IMG/VR virus record: IMGVR_UViG_2848092901_000003
Span: 1 to 64,000 of that record
Strand: one strand, 5' to 3'
DNA length: 64,000 bases
Source: a virus
Taxonomy: Duplodnaviria > Caudoviricetes
In this document: positions 9,210 to 19,368 of the stretch, one piece after another
Numbering within the stretch: the stretch's first letter is position 1
Layout: every line of letters begins with the position of its first letter
Program-made: the position numbers and the translations under genes
Notes under the pieces: generated by a model
The model's database searches: none
What the model was told of the DNA's origin: nothing
The model's input: the letters and a program-made list of their open reading frames with translations, nothing else

Positions 9210-9450
9210 CTGGCTGACGAAGATGTTCAGCGGAGAGCAACCGGCAGAGGATGCTCCCGTTTCTCCTCCTGAACCGGAACTGACGCTGGAGCAGGTCAGG
9301 GCCGTGCTTGCGGACAAATCCCGCCAGGGACACACCGCCGAGATCCGCACCCTGCTTCAAAAGTACGGTGCGTCCAAGCTGTCACAGATCGACCCTGCAC
9401 ACTATAAGGCGTTACTCGCCGAAGCGGAGGAATTGGCAGATGGCAACTAA
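9133..9450 (+). CDS. Conserved phage replication-module protein
   Basis: LTLEQVRAVLADKSRQGHTAEIRTLLQKYGASKLS motif; GGAGG RBS. Confidence 0.75.
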   Translation: MSRMSDMAQTIEDLRSAAAAISDAADWLTKMFSGEQPAEDAPVSPPEPELTLEQVRAVLADKSRQGHTAEIRTLLQKYGASKLSQIDPAHYKALLAEAEELADGN

Positions 9451-10567
9451 GCACGCAGTCTTATCCGCTTCTTCTTCTGAAAGGTGGCTCAACTGCCCGC
9501 CATCAGCAAGGCTGTGCGAAGCCTACGAGGACAAGGGCAGCGACTACGCCGCCGAGGGGACGGACGCCCATGCGCTCTGTGAGTTTCGGCTAAAGCAGAC
9601 TCTGGGGATTCCGGCAAACGATCCAATCGAAAACCTCACCTGGTACAACGAGGAGATGGAGGACTGCGCCGCCGTCTATGCCGCCTATGTGACAGAGCTT
9701 CTGGAGACCGCAAAGCAGACCTGCACCGACTCGGTCATCCTGATCGAGCAGCGAGTGGATTTCTCCCGCTGGGTACAGGACGGCTTCGGCACCGCCGACT
9801 GCATTGTCATCGCTGACGGTGAACTGAACATCGTGGACTATAAGCACGGCAAAGGCGTGGAGGTCAGCGCCGTGGATAATCCGCAGATGATGCTGTATGC
9901 CCTGGGTGCGCTGGAGATCTTTGACGGCATTTACGACATTGATACCGTCCGCATGACCATCTACCAGCCCCGGAAATCCAATATCAGTGTCTGCGTCATG
10001 GAAAAGGACAGTCTGCTCGAATGGGCGCAGAATGACCTGACCTATAAGGCAAAGCTGGCATACGAAGGTGGCGGTGATTTCCACTGCGGCGAGTGGTGCC
10101 GGTTCTGCAAGGCAAAGGCCGAATGCCGGGAACGAGCCGAAGCAAATCTGGCGCTTGTCCGGTACGACTTTGAGGAGCCACCCCTCCTGACCGATGAGGA
10201 GATCGCCGACATCCTGGATAAGGTGGACGCTCTTACCGCCTGGGCTGCGGACGTGAAGGAATACGCGCTCCAGCAGGCTGTCAGCGGCACGGTGTTCCCC
10301 GGATGGAAGCTGGTCGAGGGTCGCTCCAACCGCAAATACACCAGCGAATCCGCTGTAGCCGCAGCCGTTGAGGGCACAGGCTTTGACCCCTACGAAAAGA
10401 AACTGCTCGGCATCACCGCCATGCAGAAGCTGCTGGGAAAATCCCGCTTCGAGGAACTTCTTGCTCCCTACATCGAAAAGCCGCAAGGCCGGCCGGCGCT
10501 CGTGCGGTCGAGCGATAAACGGCCCGAATGGAATACCGCAAAAAATGATTTTATGGAGGAAATGTAA
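9440..10567 (+). CDS. DUF2800 family PD-(D/E)XK exonuclease
   Basis: HAVLSASSSERWLNCPPS, FGTADC, IVDYKHGKG, QMMLYALG, CRFCKAKAEC. Confidence 0.88.
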   Translation: MATKHAVLSASSSERWLNCPPSARLCEAYEDKGSDYAAEGTDAHALCEFRLKQTLGIPANDPIENLTWYNEEMEDCAAVYAAYVTELLETAKQTCTDSVILIEQRVDFSRWVQDGFGTADCIVIADGELNIVDYKHGKGVEVSAVDNPQMMLYALGALEIFDGIYDIDTVRMTIYQPRKSNISVCVMEKDSLLEWAQNDLTYKAKLAYEGGGDFHCGEWCRFCKAKAECRERAEANLALVRYDFEEPPLLTDEEIADILDKVDALTAWAADVKEYALQQAVSGTVFPGWKLVEGRSNRKYTSESAVAAAVEGTGFDPYEKKLLGITAMQKLLGKSRFEELLAPYIEKPQGRPALVRSSDKRPEWNTAKNDFMEEM

Positions 10568-10568
10568 T

Positions 10569-11144
10569 ATGTCTACGAACACAAACAGAGTCAACAACCC
10601 TATGAAGGTCATCACCGGCCCCGACACCCGTTGGTCTTACGCCAACGTCTGGGAGCCTAAGTCCATCAACGGCGGCACGCCGAAGTACTCGGTGTCGCTG
10701 ATCATCCCGAAGTCTGACACTAAGACGGTGGCAAAGATCAAGGCAGCCATTGAAGCCGCCTACCAGGAGGGGCAGGCCAAGCTGAAGGGCAACGGCCGCT
10801 CCGTGCCTCCTCTCTCCGCAATCAAGACCCCGCTGAGAGATGGCGACATTGAAAGACCCGATGATCCCGCCTATGCGAACGCCTACTTCATCAACGCCAA
10901 CTCCGCCACCGCTCCTGGTATCGTGGACGCGGACCGCAATCCCGTGCTGACCCGCTCCGAGGTGTATTCCGGCGTGTACGGCAGAGCGTCCATCAACCTG
11001 TACGCTTTCAATAGCAACGGGAATAAGGGCATCGCCTGCGGTCTGAACAATCTGCAACTCATCCGTCCCGGCGAACCCCTGGGCGGCAAGGCCAGCGCCG
11101 AAGCCGACTTTGCAACCGATGATGACGAGGATTTCCTCGGTTAA
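10569..11144 (+). CDS. DUF2815 family ssDNA-binding protein
   Basis: RWSYANVWEP, KYSVSLIIPK, PLRDGD, GIACGLNNLQ; acidic tail. Confidence 0.88.
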   Translation: MSTNTNRVNNPMKVITGPDTRWSYANVWEPKSINGGTPKYSVSLIIPKSDTKTVAKIKAAIEAAYQEGQAKLKGNGRSVPPLSAIKTPLRDGDIERPDDPAYANAYFINANSATAPGIVDADRNPVLTRSEVYSGVYGRASINLYAFNSNGNKGIACGLNNLQLIRPGEPLGGKASAEADFATDDDEDFLG

Positions 11145-11164
11145 GACAGTGGAGGTAAAACACT

Positions 11165-11350
11165 ATGACAACAATTCAGACAATTCTTCTCTTTACAGTT
11201 CTCGGAATCTGGTTGTGCATCAGCTCCGTCATTCTGATCAGCAGCATCCAGTCCTTTCTCTACGACCGCAAACGTGAAAAGCGTGAGCGGGAACAGGCGC
11301 TTCGTGACGCTGAATATCACGAAAACCGCATGAAGCTGCTGGAGAAATAA
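11165..11350 (+). CDS. Small membrane-anchored hypothetical protein
   Basis: Hydrophobic N-terminus, charged tail, GGAGG RBS. Confidence 0.65.
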   Translation: MTTIQTILLFTVLGIWLCISSVILISSIQSFLYDRKREKREREQALRDAEYHENRMKLLEK

Positions 11351-11415
11351 GCGACTAAGCCCCAGGGCGGCGGAGCGATCTGCCGCCCTGTTGGGGTATG
11401 GAAGGAAGTGACGAA

Positions 11416-13356
11416 ATGCAAACCTTATCCATCGACCTGGAGACTTACAGCGACCAGCCCCTCGCCAAAACCGGCGTGTACCGTTATGTGGAGTCTCCCG
11501 ATTTTGAAATCCTGCTCTTTGCCTACAGCGTGGACGGCGGTCCCGTGCGGCAGATAGACCTTGCCTGTGGGGAGAAAATCCCTTCGGAGATTCTTTCCGC
11601 ATTGGAGAATGAGACTGTGACCAAATGGGCCTTCAACGCCAATTTTGAACGCATCTGCCTGTCTCACTTTCTGGGCTATCCGACCGGCGACTATCTGAAG
11701 CCGGATTCCTGGAAATGCTCGATGGTCTGGGCTGCGTACATGGGGCTGCCCTTATCCCTGGAGGGAGCCGGCGCTGTGCTGGGATTGGAAAAACAGAAGC
11801 TGTCTGAGGGCAAAGACCTCATTAAATATTTCTGCCAGCCCTGTGCGCCAACCAAGTCCAATGGTCAGCGTACCCGCAACCTTCCCAAACACTCTCCGGA
11901 CAAGTGGCTGGCGTTCAAACGATACAACATCCGCGATGTGGAGACGGAGATGTCCATCCAGGCAAGGCTCTCCAAATATCCCGTGCCGGACAGCGTGTGG
12001 GAGGAATACCATCTCGACCAGGAGATCAACGACCGCGGCGTGGGGCTGGATATGGAACTGGTGCGGCAGGCCATTCAGATGGACGGGCGCTCCCGCTCGG
12101 AGCTGACACAGGCAATGAAGGAACTGACCTCGCTGGACAATCCCAACTCGGTACAGCAGATGAAACAGTGGCTTGCGGATAACGGCATGGAGACCGATAC
12201 CCTGGGTAAAAAAGCAGTGGCGGAGCTTTTGAAAACCGCGCCGCCACAATTGCAAAAGGTGCTGACCCTGCGCCAGCAGCTTGCGAAATCCAGCGTGAAA
12301 AAGTATCAGGCGATGGAGACCGCCGTCTGCTCCGATGGCCGGGCAAGAGGGATGTTCCAGTTTTACGGAGCCAACCGCACAGGGCGCTGGGCAGGCCGCA
12401 TCATTCAGATGCAAAATCTGCCCCAGAACCATCTGGACGATCTGTCCGAAGTCAGAGGACTTGTCCGGGCAGGCGACTTTGATGCCGTGGAAATGCTCTA
12501 TGAGGATGTGCCGAATACATTGTCCCAGCTGATCCGCACGGCATTCGTTCCACAGGGCGACCGCAAATTTATCGTTGCTGACTTTTCCGCCATCGAAGCC
12601 CGTGTCATAGCGTGGCTTGCCGGCGAGAAGTGGCGGCAGGACGTATTCGCCGAGGGCAAGGATATCTACTGCGCCAGTGCATCCCAGATGTTCGGCGTCC
12701 CCGTGGAAAAACACGGCGTCAACGGTCACTTGCGGCAGAAAGGCAAGATCGCCGAATTGGCTCTCGGCTACGGCGGATCTGTGGGCGCACTCAAGGCTAT
12801 GGGCGCTTTGGAGATGGGGCTGTCTGAGGATGAGCTTCCCGCTCTGGTCTCCGCATGGCGGCAGTCGAATCCGAAAATCGTGCAGTTCTGGTGGGCGGTT
12901 GACCGAGCCGTAATGGACGCTATTACCCGTAAGACCACCACAAAAACACACGGCATCGTATTCTCCGCCAGAAATGGGATGCTGTTCATCACCCTGCCGT
13001 CCGGCAGGAGTCTTGCCTATGTGAAGCCTAAGATCGGGACAAATAAGTTCGGCGGAGACTGCATCACCTATGAAGGCGTTGGTGGCACAAAGAAATGGGA
13101 ACGGCTGGACAGCTACGGCCCCAAGTTTGTGGAAAACATCGTCCAGGCAACCTCCCGCGATATCCTCTGTTACGCCATGCGGACCCTTCGCTGCTGCTCC
13201 ATTGTCATGCACATCCACGACGAGGTGGTCATTGAAGCTGACCGCCGGATGTCCCTACAGGCTGTCTGTGAACAGATGGGCAGGACGCCGCCCTGGGCAA
13301 AAGGCTTGCGGCTTCGCGCCGATGGCTATGAGACTGATTTTTACAAGAAGGATTAA
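11416..13356 (+). CDS. Phage family A DNA polymerase
   Basis: SIDLETY exonuclease motif, ADFSAIEARV (motif A), RQKGKIAELALGYG (motif B, Leu at the 762-equivalent as described for temperate phages), HIHDE (motif C). Confidence 0.95.
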   Translation: MQTLSIDLETYSDQPLAKTGVYRYVESPDFEILLFAYSVDGGPVRQIDLACGEKIPSEILSALENETVTKWAFNANFERICLSHFLGYPTGDYLKPDSWKCSMVWAAYMGLPLSLEGAGAVLGLEKQKLSEGKDLIKYFCQPCAPTKSNGQRTRNLPKHSPDKWLAFKRYNIRDVETEMSIQARLSKYPVPDSVWEEYHLDQEINDRGVGLDMELVRQAIQMDGRSRSELTQAMKELTSLDNPNSVQQMKQWLADNGMETDTLGKKAVAELLKTAPPQLQKVLTLRQQLAKSSVKKYQAMETAVCSDGRARGMFQFYGANRTGRWAGRIIQMQNLPQNHLDDLSEVRGLVRAGDFDAVEMLYEDVPNTLSQLIRTAFVPQGDRKFIVADFSAIEARVIAWLAGEKWRQDVFAEGKDIYCASASQMFGVPVEKHGVNGHLRQKGKIAELALGYGGSVGALKAMGALEMGLSEDELPALVSAWRQSNPKIVQFWWAVDRAVMDAITRKTTTKTHGIVFSARNGMLFITLPSGRSLAYVKPKIGTNKFGGDCITYEGVGGTKKWERLDSYGPKFVENIVQATSRDILCYAMRTLRCCSIVMHIHDEVVIEADRRMSLQAVCEQMGRTPPWAKGLRLRADGYETDFYKKD

Positions 13357-13369
13357 CGAGGTAACGCCT

Positions 13370-13801
13370 ATGAGCATCAATAAATTCAACTGCGAGGGCT
13401 ATTACGACCCCACAGCCTATGAAGCCCTCGCCAATATAGAAAAAGAAGAACGCGCCCTCCGCGCTTTCCGGCCTATCGTGTATATCTGCTCCCCCTATGC
13501 CGGAGATGTGACCGCCAATGTAGAGAATGCCCGGAGATACAGCCGCTTCGCCGTGGACATGGGATACATCCCTATTGCGCCGCATCTGTTGTTTCCGCAG
13601 TTTCTCTGTGACGACAATCCAAAAGAACGCCAGCTGGGGCTGTTCTTTGGAAACGCCCTCATGAGCAAATGCTCCGAGGTGTGGGTGTTCGGCGAATACA
13701 TCTCTTCCGGCATGGAAGCGGAGATCCGCAGAGCCAAGTGGAAGAACTACCGTTTGAGATATTTTACGGCTGCGTGCGAGGAGGTAACCGACTATGCGTG
13801 A
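13370..13801 (+). CDS. DUF4406-like (nucleoside deoxyribosyltransferase-fold) protein
   Basis: VYICSPYAGD, APHLLFPQF, SSGMEAEI. Confidence 0.7.
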   Translation: MSINKFNCEGYYDPTAYEALANIEKEERALRAFRPIVYICSPYAGDVTANVENARRYSRFAVDMGYIPIAPHLLFPQFLCDDNPKERQLGLFFGNALMSKCSEVWVFGEYISSGMEAEIRRAKWKNYRLRYFTAACEEVTDYA

Positions 13802-16133
13802 ACTGAACATCGCCTACGGCAACAACCGGCAGGCGAAGAGATGGGTCAACAAGACCATAAAATTTGACGATTTGAAGGAACGGCTCAGAGTGCCCATCCG
13901 CACCACCGAGTCCGCAGAGGAATATGCAAAGATGAGCCGCGCCCAGCGGGACGCCGCCAAAGACCACGGCGGCTTTGTGGCGGGCGTGCTGAAGGGCGGC
14001 AGGCGCAAGGTCGATACCGTGGAGAGCCGCTCAATGGTTGCGCTTGACGGCGACCGCATCAACGCCGCTTTTTTGGAAAGCTATGAGTCCCTCTGCCCCT
14101 ATACCTCCGCACTGTACACCACCCACAGCAGTACGGAGGAAAATCCCCGCGTCCGTCTGGTGTTCCCGCTGACCAGGGATGTGACCCCGGAGGAATTTGT
14201 GGCGGTATCCCGCTATCTTGCTCAGATGCTGGGCATCGACTATTTTGACGAATGCTCCTACCAGCCCAATCAGCTGATGTACTGGCCGTCCATTCCGGCC
14301 AACGGCTCCTTTGTGTATAAGGAGACGGACGGCGGCTGGCTCGATCCCGATGCGATTCTCACAAAACACCCGGAATGGACGGATCCCACAAGACTGCCCA
14401 CCTCTTCCAGGGAGAGCAAGGCGAATACCACCGCACAGCAGAAGGTGCAGGACCCTCTGACCAAAGAAAGTGTGGTGGGTCTGTTCAACCGCACCTATTA
14501 TCCCATCAGCAAGGCGCTGGAGACATTCCTCTCCGATGTCTATGAGCCGACCGACAACGAAAACCGCTGGCATCTGATTGAATCCTCCAGCATGGCGGGC
14601 GTGGAAATCAAGGAAGACAAATTCGTCTATAGCCACCACGCCAAAGACCCGGCTTACCTCAAGCTGTGCAACGCCTTTGACATCGTCCGCATCCATCGCT
14701 TTGGAGATCTGGATGAAAAAGCGTCGTACAAGGCGATGTGCGAGTTCGCCATGCAGCAGGATGAGGTAAAGCTGCTGGCGGCAGACGAACGAATGGCGGA
14801 CGCAGAGACGGATTTCTCCGGCAGCGAGGATACCGACTGGCAGAAGCGTTTCCAGTACGAACCCCGCTCCACGGTGCTGAAGAATAACCTCCACAACATC
14901 ACTCTGATCCTCCAGAACGACCCGCAGCTCCAGAATATCGTGTTCAACCAGCAGCTGGACGGTATGGAGATCAAGGGCGAGGTACCCTGGAAGCACCCAT
15001 CTAAATACTGGAGGGACGCTGACGATGCCCAGCTGATCAGCTATGTGGATTCCCACTACGGAACATTCTCCCAGCGCAATTATCAGATTGCTGTAACCAA
15101 GGTGGCGGACGACCGCTCCTACCACCCCATCCGTGAATATCTGGCGGCTTTGCCGGAGTGGGACGGCGTTCTCCGTGTGGACACGCTCCTCATCGACTAT
15201 CTGGGCGCGGAGGATAATTCCTATGTCCGCGCCGTGACAAGAAAGACTCTCTGCGCCGCCGTGCGCCGGGTACAGGAGCCGGGCGTGAAGTTCGATACCA
15301 TGCTGGTCTTAAACGGTCCCCAGGGAATCGGAAAAAGCACCCTCATTTCCCGCCTTGCCGGAGAATGGTTCTCCGACAGTCTGAACCTGAGCGATACCAA
15401 GGACAAGACCGCCGCAGAGAAGCTGCAGGGCTATTGGATTCTGGAAATCGGTGAGCTGGCGGGACTTCGCAAAGCCGAGGTGGAGACACTGCGCTCCTTC
15501 CTTTCCCGTCAGAACGACATCTACCGTGCCGCTTTTGGCAGGCGGGCGACGCCGCATCCGAGGCAGTGCATCTTCTTTGGCACCACCAACGCCGAGTCCG
15601 GCTACCTGCGGGACACCACCGGCAACCGCCGTTTCTGGCCGGTCAAAACGCCGGGCGGCGGCGTAAAGCACTCCTGGGAACTTACCAACGAGGATATCAG
15701 CCAGATCTGGGCGGAGGTGGTGGTGCTTGTAGAGAACGGCGAAAAGCTACATCTGGCTCCCGACCTGGAGACGCTCGCCAAGAGTGAACAGCGGGAAGCG
15801 CTGGAGTCCGATGAGCGCGAGGGACTGGTGCGCGAGTATCTGGAGACCCTGCTTCCGGAGGATTGGGACGGCATGGATCTGTTCGACCGCCGCTCCTTCC
15901 TCGCCGGAGTGAATAATATCGGCCGTGTGGGTACGGTCGCCAGAACACGGGTCTGCAATATGGAGATCTGGTGTGAACTTTTCGGCAAGGATCAAGGCAG
16001 CCTTGGCCGCGCCGAATCCAATAACCTCACGGCAATGCTCACCAAGCTCGGCTGGGTGCGCAAGGAGAAAAAGGAGCGCGTCAGGCCCTATGGACCACAG
16101 TTTGTCTTTGTTCCCGGCGATGTTCCCGACTGA
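13794..16133 (+). CDS. VapE-family primase/helicase
   Basis: N-terminal primase-like domain (KDHGGFVAG, ALDGD); Walker A GPQGIGKST; FFGTTN; GNRRFWPV. Confidence 0.9.
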   Translation: MRELNIAYGNNRQAKRWVNKTIKFDDLKERLRVPIRTTESAEEYAKMSRAQRDAAKDHGGFVAGVLKGGRRKVDTVESRSMVALDGDRINAAFLESYESLCPYTSALYTTHSSTEENPRVRLVFPLTRDVTPEEFVAVSRYLAQMLGIDYFDECSYQPNQLMYWPSIPANGSFVYKETDGGWLDPDAILTKHPEWTDPTRLPTSSRESKANTTAQQKVQDPLTKESVVGLFNRTYYPISKALETFLSDVYEPTDNENRWHLIESSSMAGVEIKEDKFVYSHHAKDPAYLKLCNAFDIVRIHRFGDLDEKASYKAMCEFAMQQDEVKLLAADERMADAETDFSGSEDTDWQKRFQYEPRSTVLKNNLHNITLILQNDPQLQNIVFNQQLDGMEIKGEVPWKHPSKYWRDADDAQLISYVDSHYGTFSQRNYQIAVTKVADDRSYHPIREYLAALPEWDGVLRVDTLLIDYLGAEDNSYVRAVTRKTLCAAVRRVQEPGVKFDTMLVLNGPQGIGKSTLISRLAGEWFSDSLNLSDTKDKTAAEKLQGYWILEIGELAGLRKAEVETLRSFLSRQNDIYRAAFGRRATPHPRQCIFFGTTNAESGYLRDTTGNRRFWPVKTPGGGVKHSWELTNEDISQIWAEVVVLVENGEKLHLAPDLETLAKSEQREALESDEREGLVREYLETLLPEDWDGMDLFDRRSFLAGVNNIGRVGTVARTRVCNMEIWCELFGKDQGSLGRAESNNLTAMLTKLGWVRKEKKERVRPYGPQFVFVPGDVPD

Positions 16134-16345
16134 CTTTTCGGGAACGGAGCGAATCAGGAACAGTTCCCGACTTCCGGCAGTGTTCCCAGGGGAGACTCTG
16201 GGAACGCCGTCAGGAACACACCGAATGTGCCGCCGCAAGGCAACTTTATAGGCTCTGTTCCTGTGTTCCTAAAAAAGCATATAAATTGAAAATGTATCAA
16301 AAAGACTGTACAGAACCCGTAAATCACGCATACGCACGCGCGTAA
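16109..16345. repeat. GTTCC/GGAAC repeat cluster plus AT-rich tract; putative replication origin
   Basis: About 10 copies between 16109 and 16270, two arranged as inverted pairs; AT-rich tract from about 16270; TACGC-N4-GCGTA at 16331-16344. Confidence 0.6.
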
Positions 16346-16383
16346 GGATTTTCAGGTTTTTAAGAACGCGGAGGTAAATCAAA

Positions 16384-16923
16384 ATGTCAATGTATGAAAT
16401 AGACAGCGCATATGTCCGCAGGTGTCAGAAGCGGCTTCAGGAATGGGGAGCGCCCCTCTCCGGCTGGTACTGTGACTATATTTACGATGTGGCAGATGAA
16501 GAGGAAGATTCCGACCATATCGAATTGTTCACTTGCGAACTCTGCGATTGTACGCAAGTACGATTTGTTCATGTGATGCGGCATGACGAATATTTTGAGA
16601 CTGTTTCGGTCGGCTGTATCTGCGCCGGAATTATGGAGGGCGATATCCTCGCCGCCAGAGAGCGTGAGCGGCTTATGAAAAACCGCGCCAAGCGGAAGCG
16701 GAACTTTCCGCGGCGGCAATGGCGGAAGAACTGGTACGGCAACTATCAGCTGACTTATCAGGGCAGAAAGGTATTTATCAACAATAAGGGCGGCAATCGC
16801 TACAGTGTTTATGTTGATGGCAAGACATCCTGGAGCTACAAGGGCAAACCCCTCGACAATTTTGTCTCCGCCGCCTACGCCGCTTTTGAATTAGCCGACC
16901 CCATAGAAAGGATACGCCCATGA
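16384..16923 (+). CDS. Hypothetical protein with CxxC and CxC motifs
   Basis: CELCD, HVMRH, GCICA; GGAGG RBS. Confidence 0.7.
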   Translation: MSMYEIDSAYVRRCQKRLQEWGAPLSGWYCDYIYDVADEEEDSDHIELFTCELCDCTQVRFVHVMRHDEYFETVSVGCICAGIMEGDILAARERERLMKNRAKRKRNFPRRQWRKNWYGNYQLTYQGRKVFINNKGGNRYSVYVDGKTSWSYKGKPLDNFVSAAYAAFELADPIERIRP

Positions 16924-17201
16924 GAGAAAAAGAGATAGAAAAGAAGCTGATCCAAGCGGTCAAACAGGCTGGCGGCATCTGCCCCAAGCTCGTCTCTCCC
17001 GGTTTTGACGGTATGCCGGACCGCATGGTGCTGCTGCCAAATGGAAAGATAGGCTTTGTGGAAGTCAAGGCGACCGGAGAAAAGCCGCGGCCGCTGCAGT
17101 TTTCCCGCCACAGGCTTTTGCGGCGGCTGGGCTTCCTGGTGTATGTGCTGGACGATGCGGAGCAGATTGGAGGAATGCTGGATGAGATACAAACCCCATG
17201 A
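16920..17201 (+). CDS. VRR-NUC domain nuclease
   Basis: GMPDRMVLLP, FVEVKATG, PRPLQ. Confidence 0.92.
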   Translation: MREKEIEKKLIQAVKQAGGICPKLVSPGFDGMPDRMVLLPNGKIGFVEVKATGEKPRPLQFSRHRLLRRLGFLVYVLDDAEQIGGMLDEIQTP

Positions 17202-18546
17202 ATATCAAAAATATGCAGTGGAGTACATCAAGACACACCCCGCAGCCAGTATCTTCTTAGACTGCGGGCTTGGAAAAACCAGCATCACGCTAACAGCCAT
17301 AGCCGATCTGCTGTTTGACAGCTTCGAGATCCATAAAGTGCTGGTCATCGCACCCCTGCGAGTGGCGCGGGATACATGGACGGCTGAAGCGGATAAGTGG
17401 GATCACCTACAGAACCTCATCTGCTCCGTGGCTGTCGGGACGGAAGGCCAGCGCCGGGCGGCATTGATGAGACGCGCTGACATCTACATCATCAACCGGG
17501 AAAACGTCCAATGGCTCATTGATGAGAGCGGCATTCCCTTTGATTTCGATATGGTGGTGATCGATGAGCTATCCTCGTTCAAGAATCACCAGACAAAGCG
17601 GTTCAAGTCACTGTTAAAGGTCAGACCTAAAATCAGCCGTATCGTCGGACTGACCGGCACGCCCGCTTCTAACGGTCTGATGGATCTGTGGGCAGAGTTC
17701 CGCATCCTGGACATGGGTCAGCGGCTTGGACGGTTCATCACCAAGTACCGCACCGATTACTTCACCCCGGATAAGCGTAATGGCCAGATCATCTACTCCT
17801 ACAAGCCCCTGCCCTATGCGGAGGATGCCATCTACCGGAAGATCTCGGATATTACCATCTCTATGAAGTCCGCCGATCACCTGCAGATGCCGGATCTGGT
17901 CAGCAGCGAATACACGGTCCAGCTTTCCGAGGAAGAACAGAAAAAATACACGGACCTGAAACAGGAACTGGTGTTGTCGCTGGATGATGCGGAGATCACC
18001 GCCGCCAACGCCGCTTCCCTCTCCGGTAAACTCTCCCAGATGGCGAACGGCGCAATTTACGATGACAGCGGTGAGACCATTCGTATCCACGACCGCAAGC
18101 TGGACGCTTTGGAGGATATCATCGAAGCCGCCAACGGCAAACCGCTTCTGGTGGCTTACTGGTTCAAGCATGACTTGGGCCGTATTTCGGAAAGGCTGCG
18201 AAAGCTGCATATCCCGTTCTCCCGGCTGGATGACGCCGCCAGTATCCGCAGATGGAACAATGGCGAGTTACCGGTGGCGCTGATCCATCCCGCTTCCGCC
18301 GGGCATGGGCTGAATCTCCAGAGCGGCGGCTCGGCTATCGTGTGGTTCGGGCTGACCTGGAGCCTGGAGCTTTATCAGCAGACCATAGCGCGGCTCTGGC
18401 GACAGGGGCAGACTTCTGAAACCGTGGTGGTACAGCACATCGTCACAAAGGACACCATTGACGAACGCATCATGAAAGCCCTCTCCCAAAAGGAGCATAC
18501 CCAGACGGCGCTGATCGACGCCGTAAAAGCGGACTTGAAAATCTGA
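17182..18546 (+). CDS. Phage SNF2-like DEAD/DEAH helicase
   Basis: CGLGKT, VVIDELS, LTGTP, GHGLNLQ. Confidence 0.92.
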   Translation: MRYKPHEYQKYAVEYIKTHPAASIFLDCGLGKTSITLTAIADLLFDSFEIHKVLVIAPLRVARDTWTAEADKWDHLQNLICSVAVGTEGQRRAALMRRADIYIINRENVQWLIDESGIPFDFDMVVIDELSSFKNHQTKRFKSLLKVRPKISRIVGLTGTPASNGLMDLWAEFRILDMGQRLGRFITKYRTDYFTPDKRNGQIIYSYKPLPYAEDAIYRKISDITISMKSADHLQMPDLVSSEYTVQLSEEEQKKYTDLKQELVLSLDDAEITAANAASLSGKLSQMANGAIYDDSGETIRIHDRKLDALEDIIEAANGKPLLVAYWFKHDLGRISERLRKLHIPFSRLDDAASIRRWNNGELPVALIHPASAGHGLNLQSGGSAIVWFGLTWSLELYQQTIARLWRQGQTSETVVVQHIVTKDTIDERIMKALSQKEHTQTALIDAVKADLKI

Positions 18547-18601
18547 GACAACCTAAGAAAATCCGTGCCAATCCGAGGATCAAAATTTCGGAGGTACGAA
18601 T

Positions 18602-18829
18602 ATGAGCGATATCACGATTTACGAGAACCTTGCGAACGCCATCATCCTGCAGGCTGTGAAGGATTACCGCATGGCGCTGAAAAGCCTGAAAGTCAACTCC
18701 CGGAACAGGACGGTGCAGACTGATAAAGCCGAAATTGAGCGGTTCTTCCGTTCGCAGTGGTACTCGACACTCACAGATGTGAATGGCGAGATGCTGATCC
18801 TCTCCCTGCAGAAGGAGGCAGACATATGA
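18602..18829 (+). CDS. Conserved hypothetical phage protein
   Basis: YENLANAIILQAVKDYR and ERFFRSQWY motifs; GGAGG RBS. Confidence 0.75.
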   Translation: MSDITIYENLANAIILQAVKDYRMALKSLKVNSRNRTVQTDKAEIERFFRSQWYSTLTDVNGEMLILSLQKEADI

Positions 18830-19236
18830 CCGCAAAAGAATATCTAAACCAGGCGCGGCACCTGGACGCACTCATCAACTGCCGCTTGCGTGAGATTGAC
18901 TACTGGAGGGATTTATCGAGCAGCGTCTCAGGCAGTAATTTCGAACCGCACTACAATCCAAACAAGCCGACTGAAGCCCCTTTTGTCCGGTGTCTTGAGA
19001 AAATCGACGCCATCCAAAAGGATGTGGCGGAAAAGGTGGCGTATCTGGTGTGTCTCAAGGAAACTATCAACGCGGCAATCGACAGACTTGCCAGCCGCGA
19101 GGAGCAACTGGTACTCCGTTACCGTTACCTGGATAACTGCTCCTGGGAGGAGATATCACGGATGCTGAATGTGTCGCTGCGCACGGTGCATCGCATACAC
19201 GGGTCGGCTCTTCAAAATTTTTCTGTTCCGGATTGA
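18826..19236 (+). CDS. DUF1492 / ArpU-RinA-like late transcriptional activator
   Basis: MTAKEYLNQA; C-terminal HTH LRYRYLDNCSWEEISRMLNVSLRTVHRIHGSAL; precedes the packaging genes. Confidence 0.8.
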   Translation: MTAKEYLNQARHLDALINCRLREIDYWRDLSSSVSGSNFEPHYNPNKPTEAPFVRCLEKIDAIQKDVAEKVAYLVCLKETINAAIDRLASREEQLVLRYRYLDNCSWEEISRMLNVSLRTVHRIHGSALQNFSVPD

Positions 19237-19240
19237 AAGT

Positions 19241-19285
19241 TGGCACGGTTTGGCACAGCATGGCACACTTGACTTATGGTATGAT
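19241..19285 (+). promoter_or_regulatory. Putative late promoter with three phased TGGCAC repeats
   Basis: TGGCAC at 19241, 19251 and 19261; extended -10 TGGTATGAT at 19277-19285. Confidence 0.65.
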
Positions 19286-19368
19286 TACAATAGCAAAGTA
19301 GAATACAGAACGGCCTTCATGGGAGCGATCCTATGAGGGCTTTTCTTATGCCCCAAGGAGGTGGCAAA

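Noticed and set aside
9440-10567. Cas4-like nuclease suggesting CRISPR
   Set aside because: DUF2800 in a standard replication module; no repeat-spacer array seen anywhere in the window.
13794-16133. Virulence factor (VapE label)
   Set aside because: Motifs and context indicate a phage primase/helicase.
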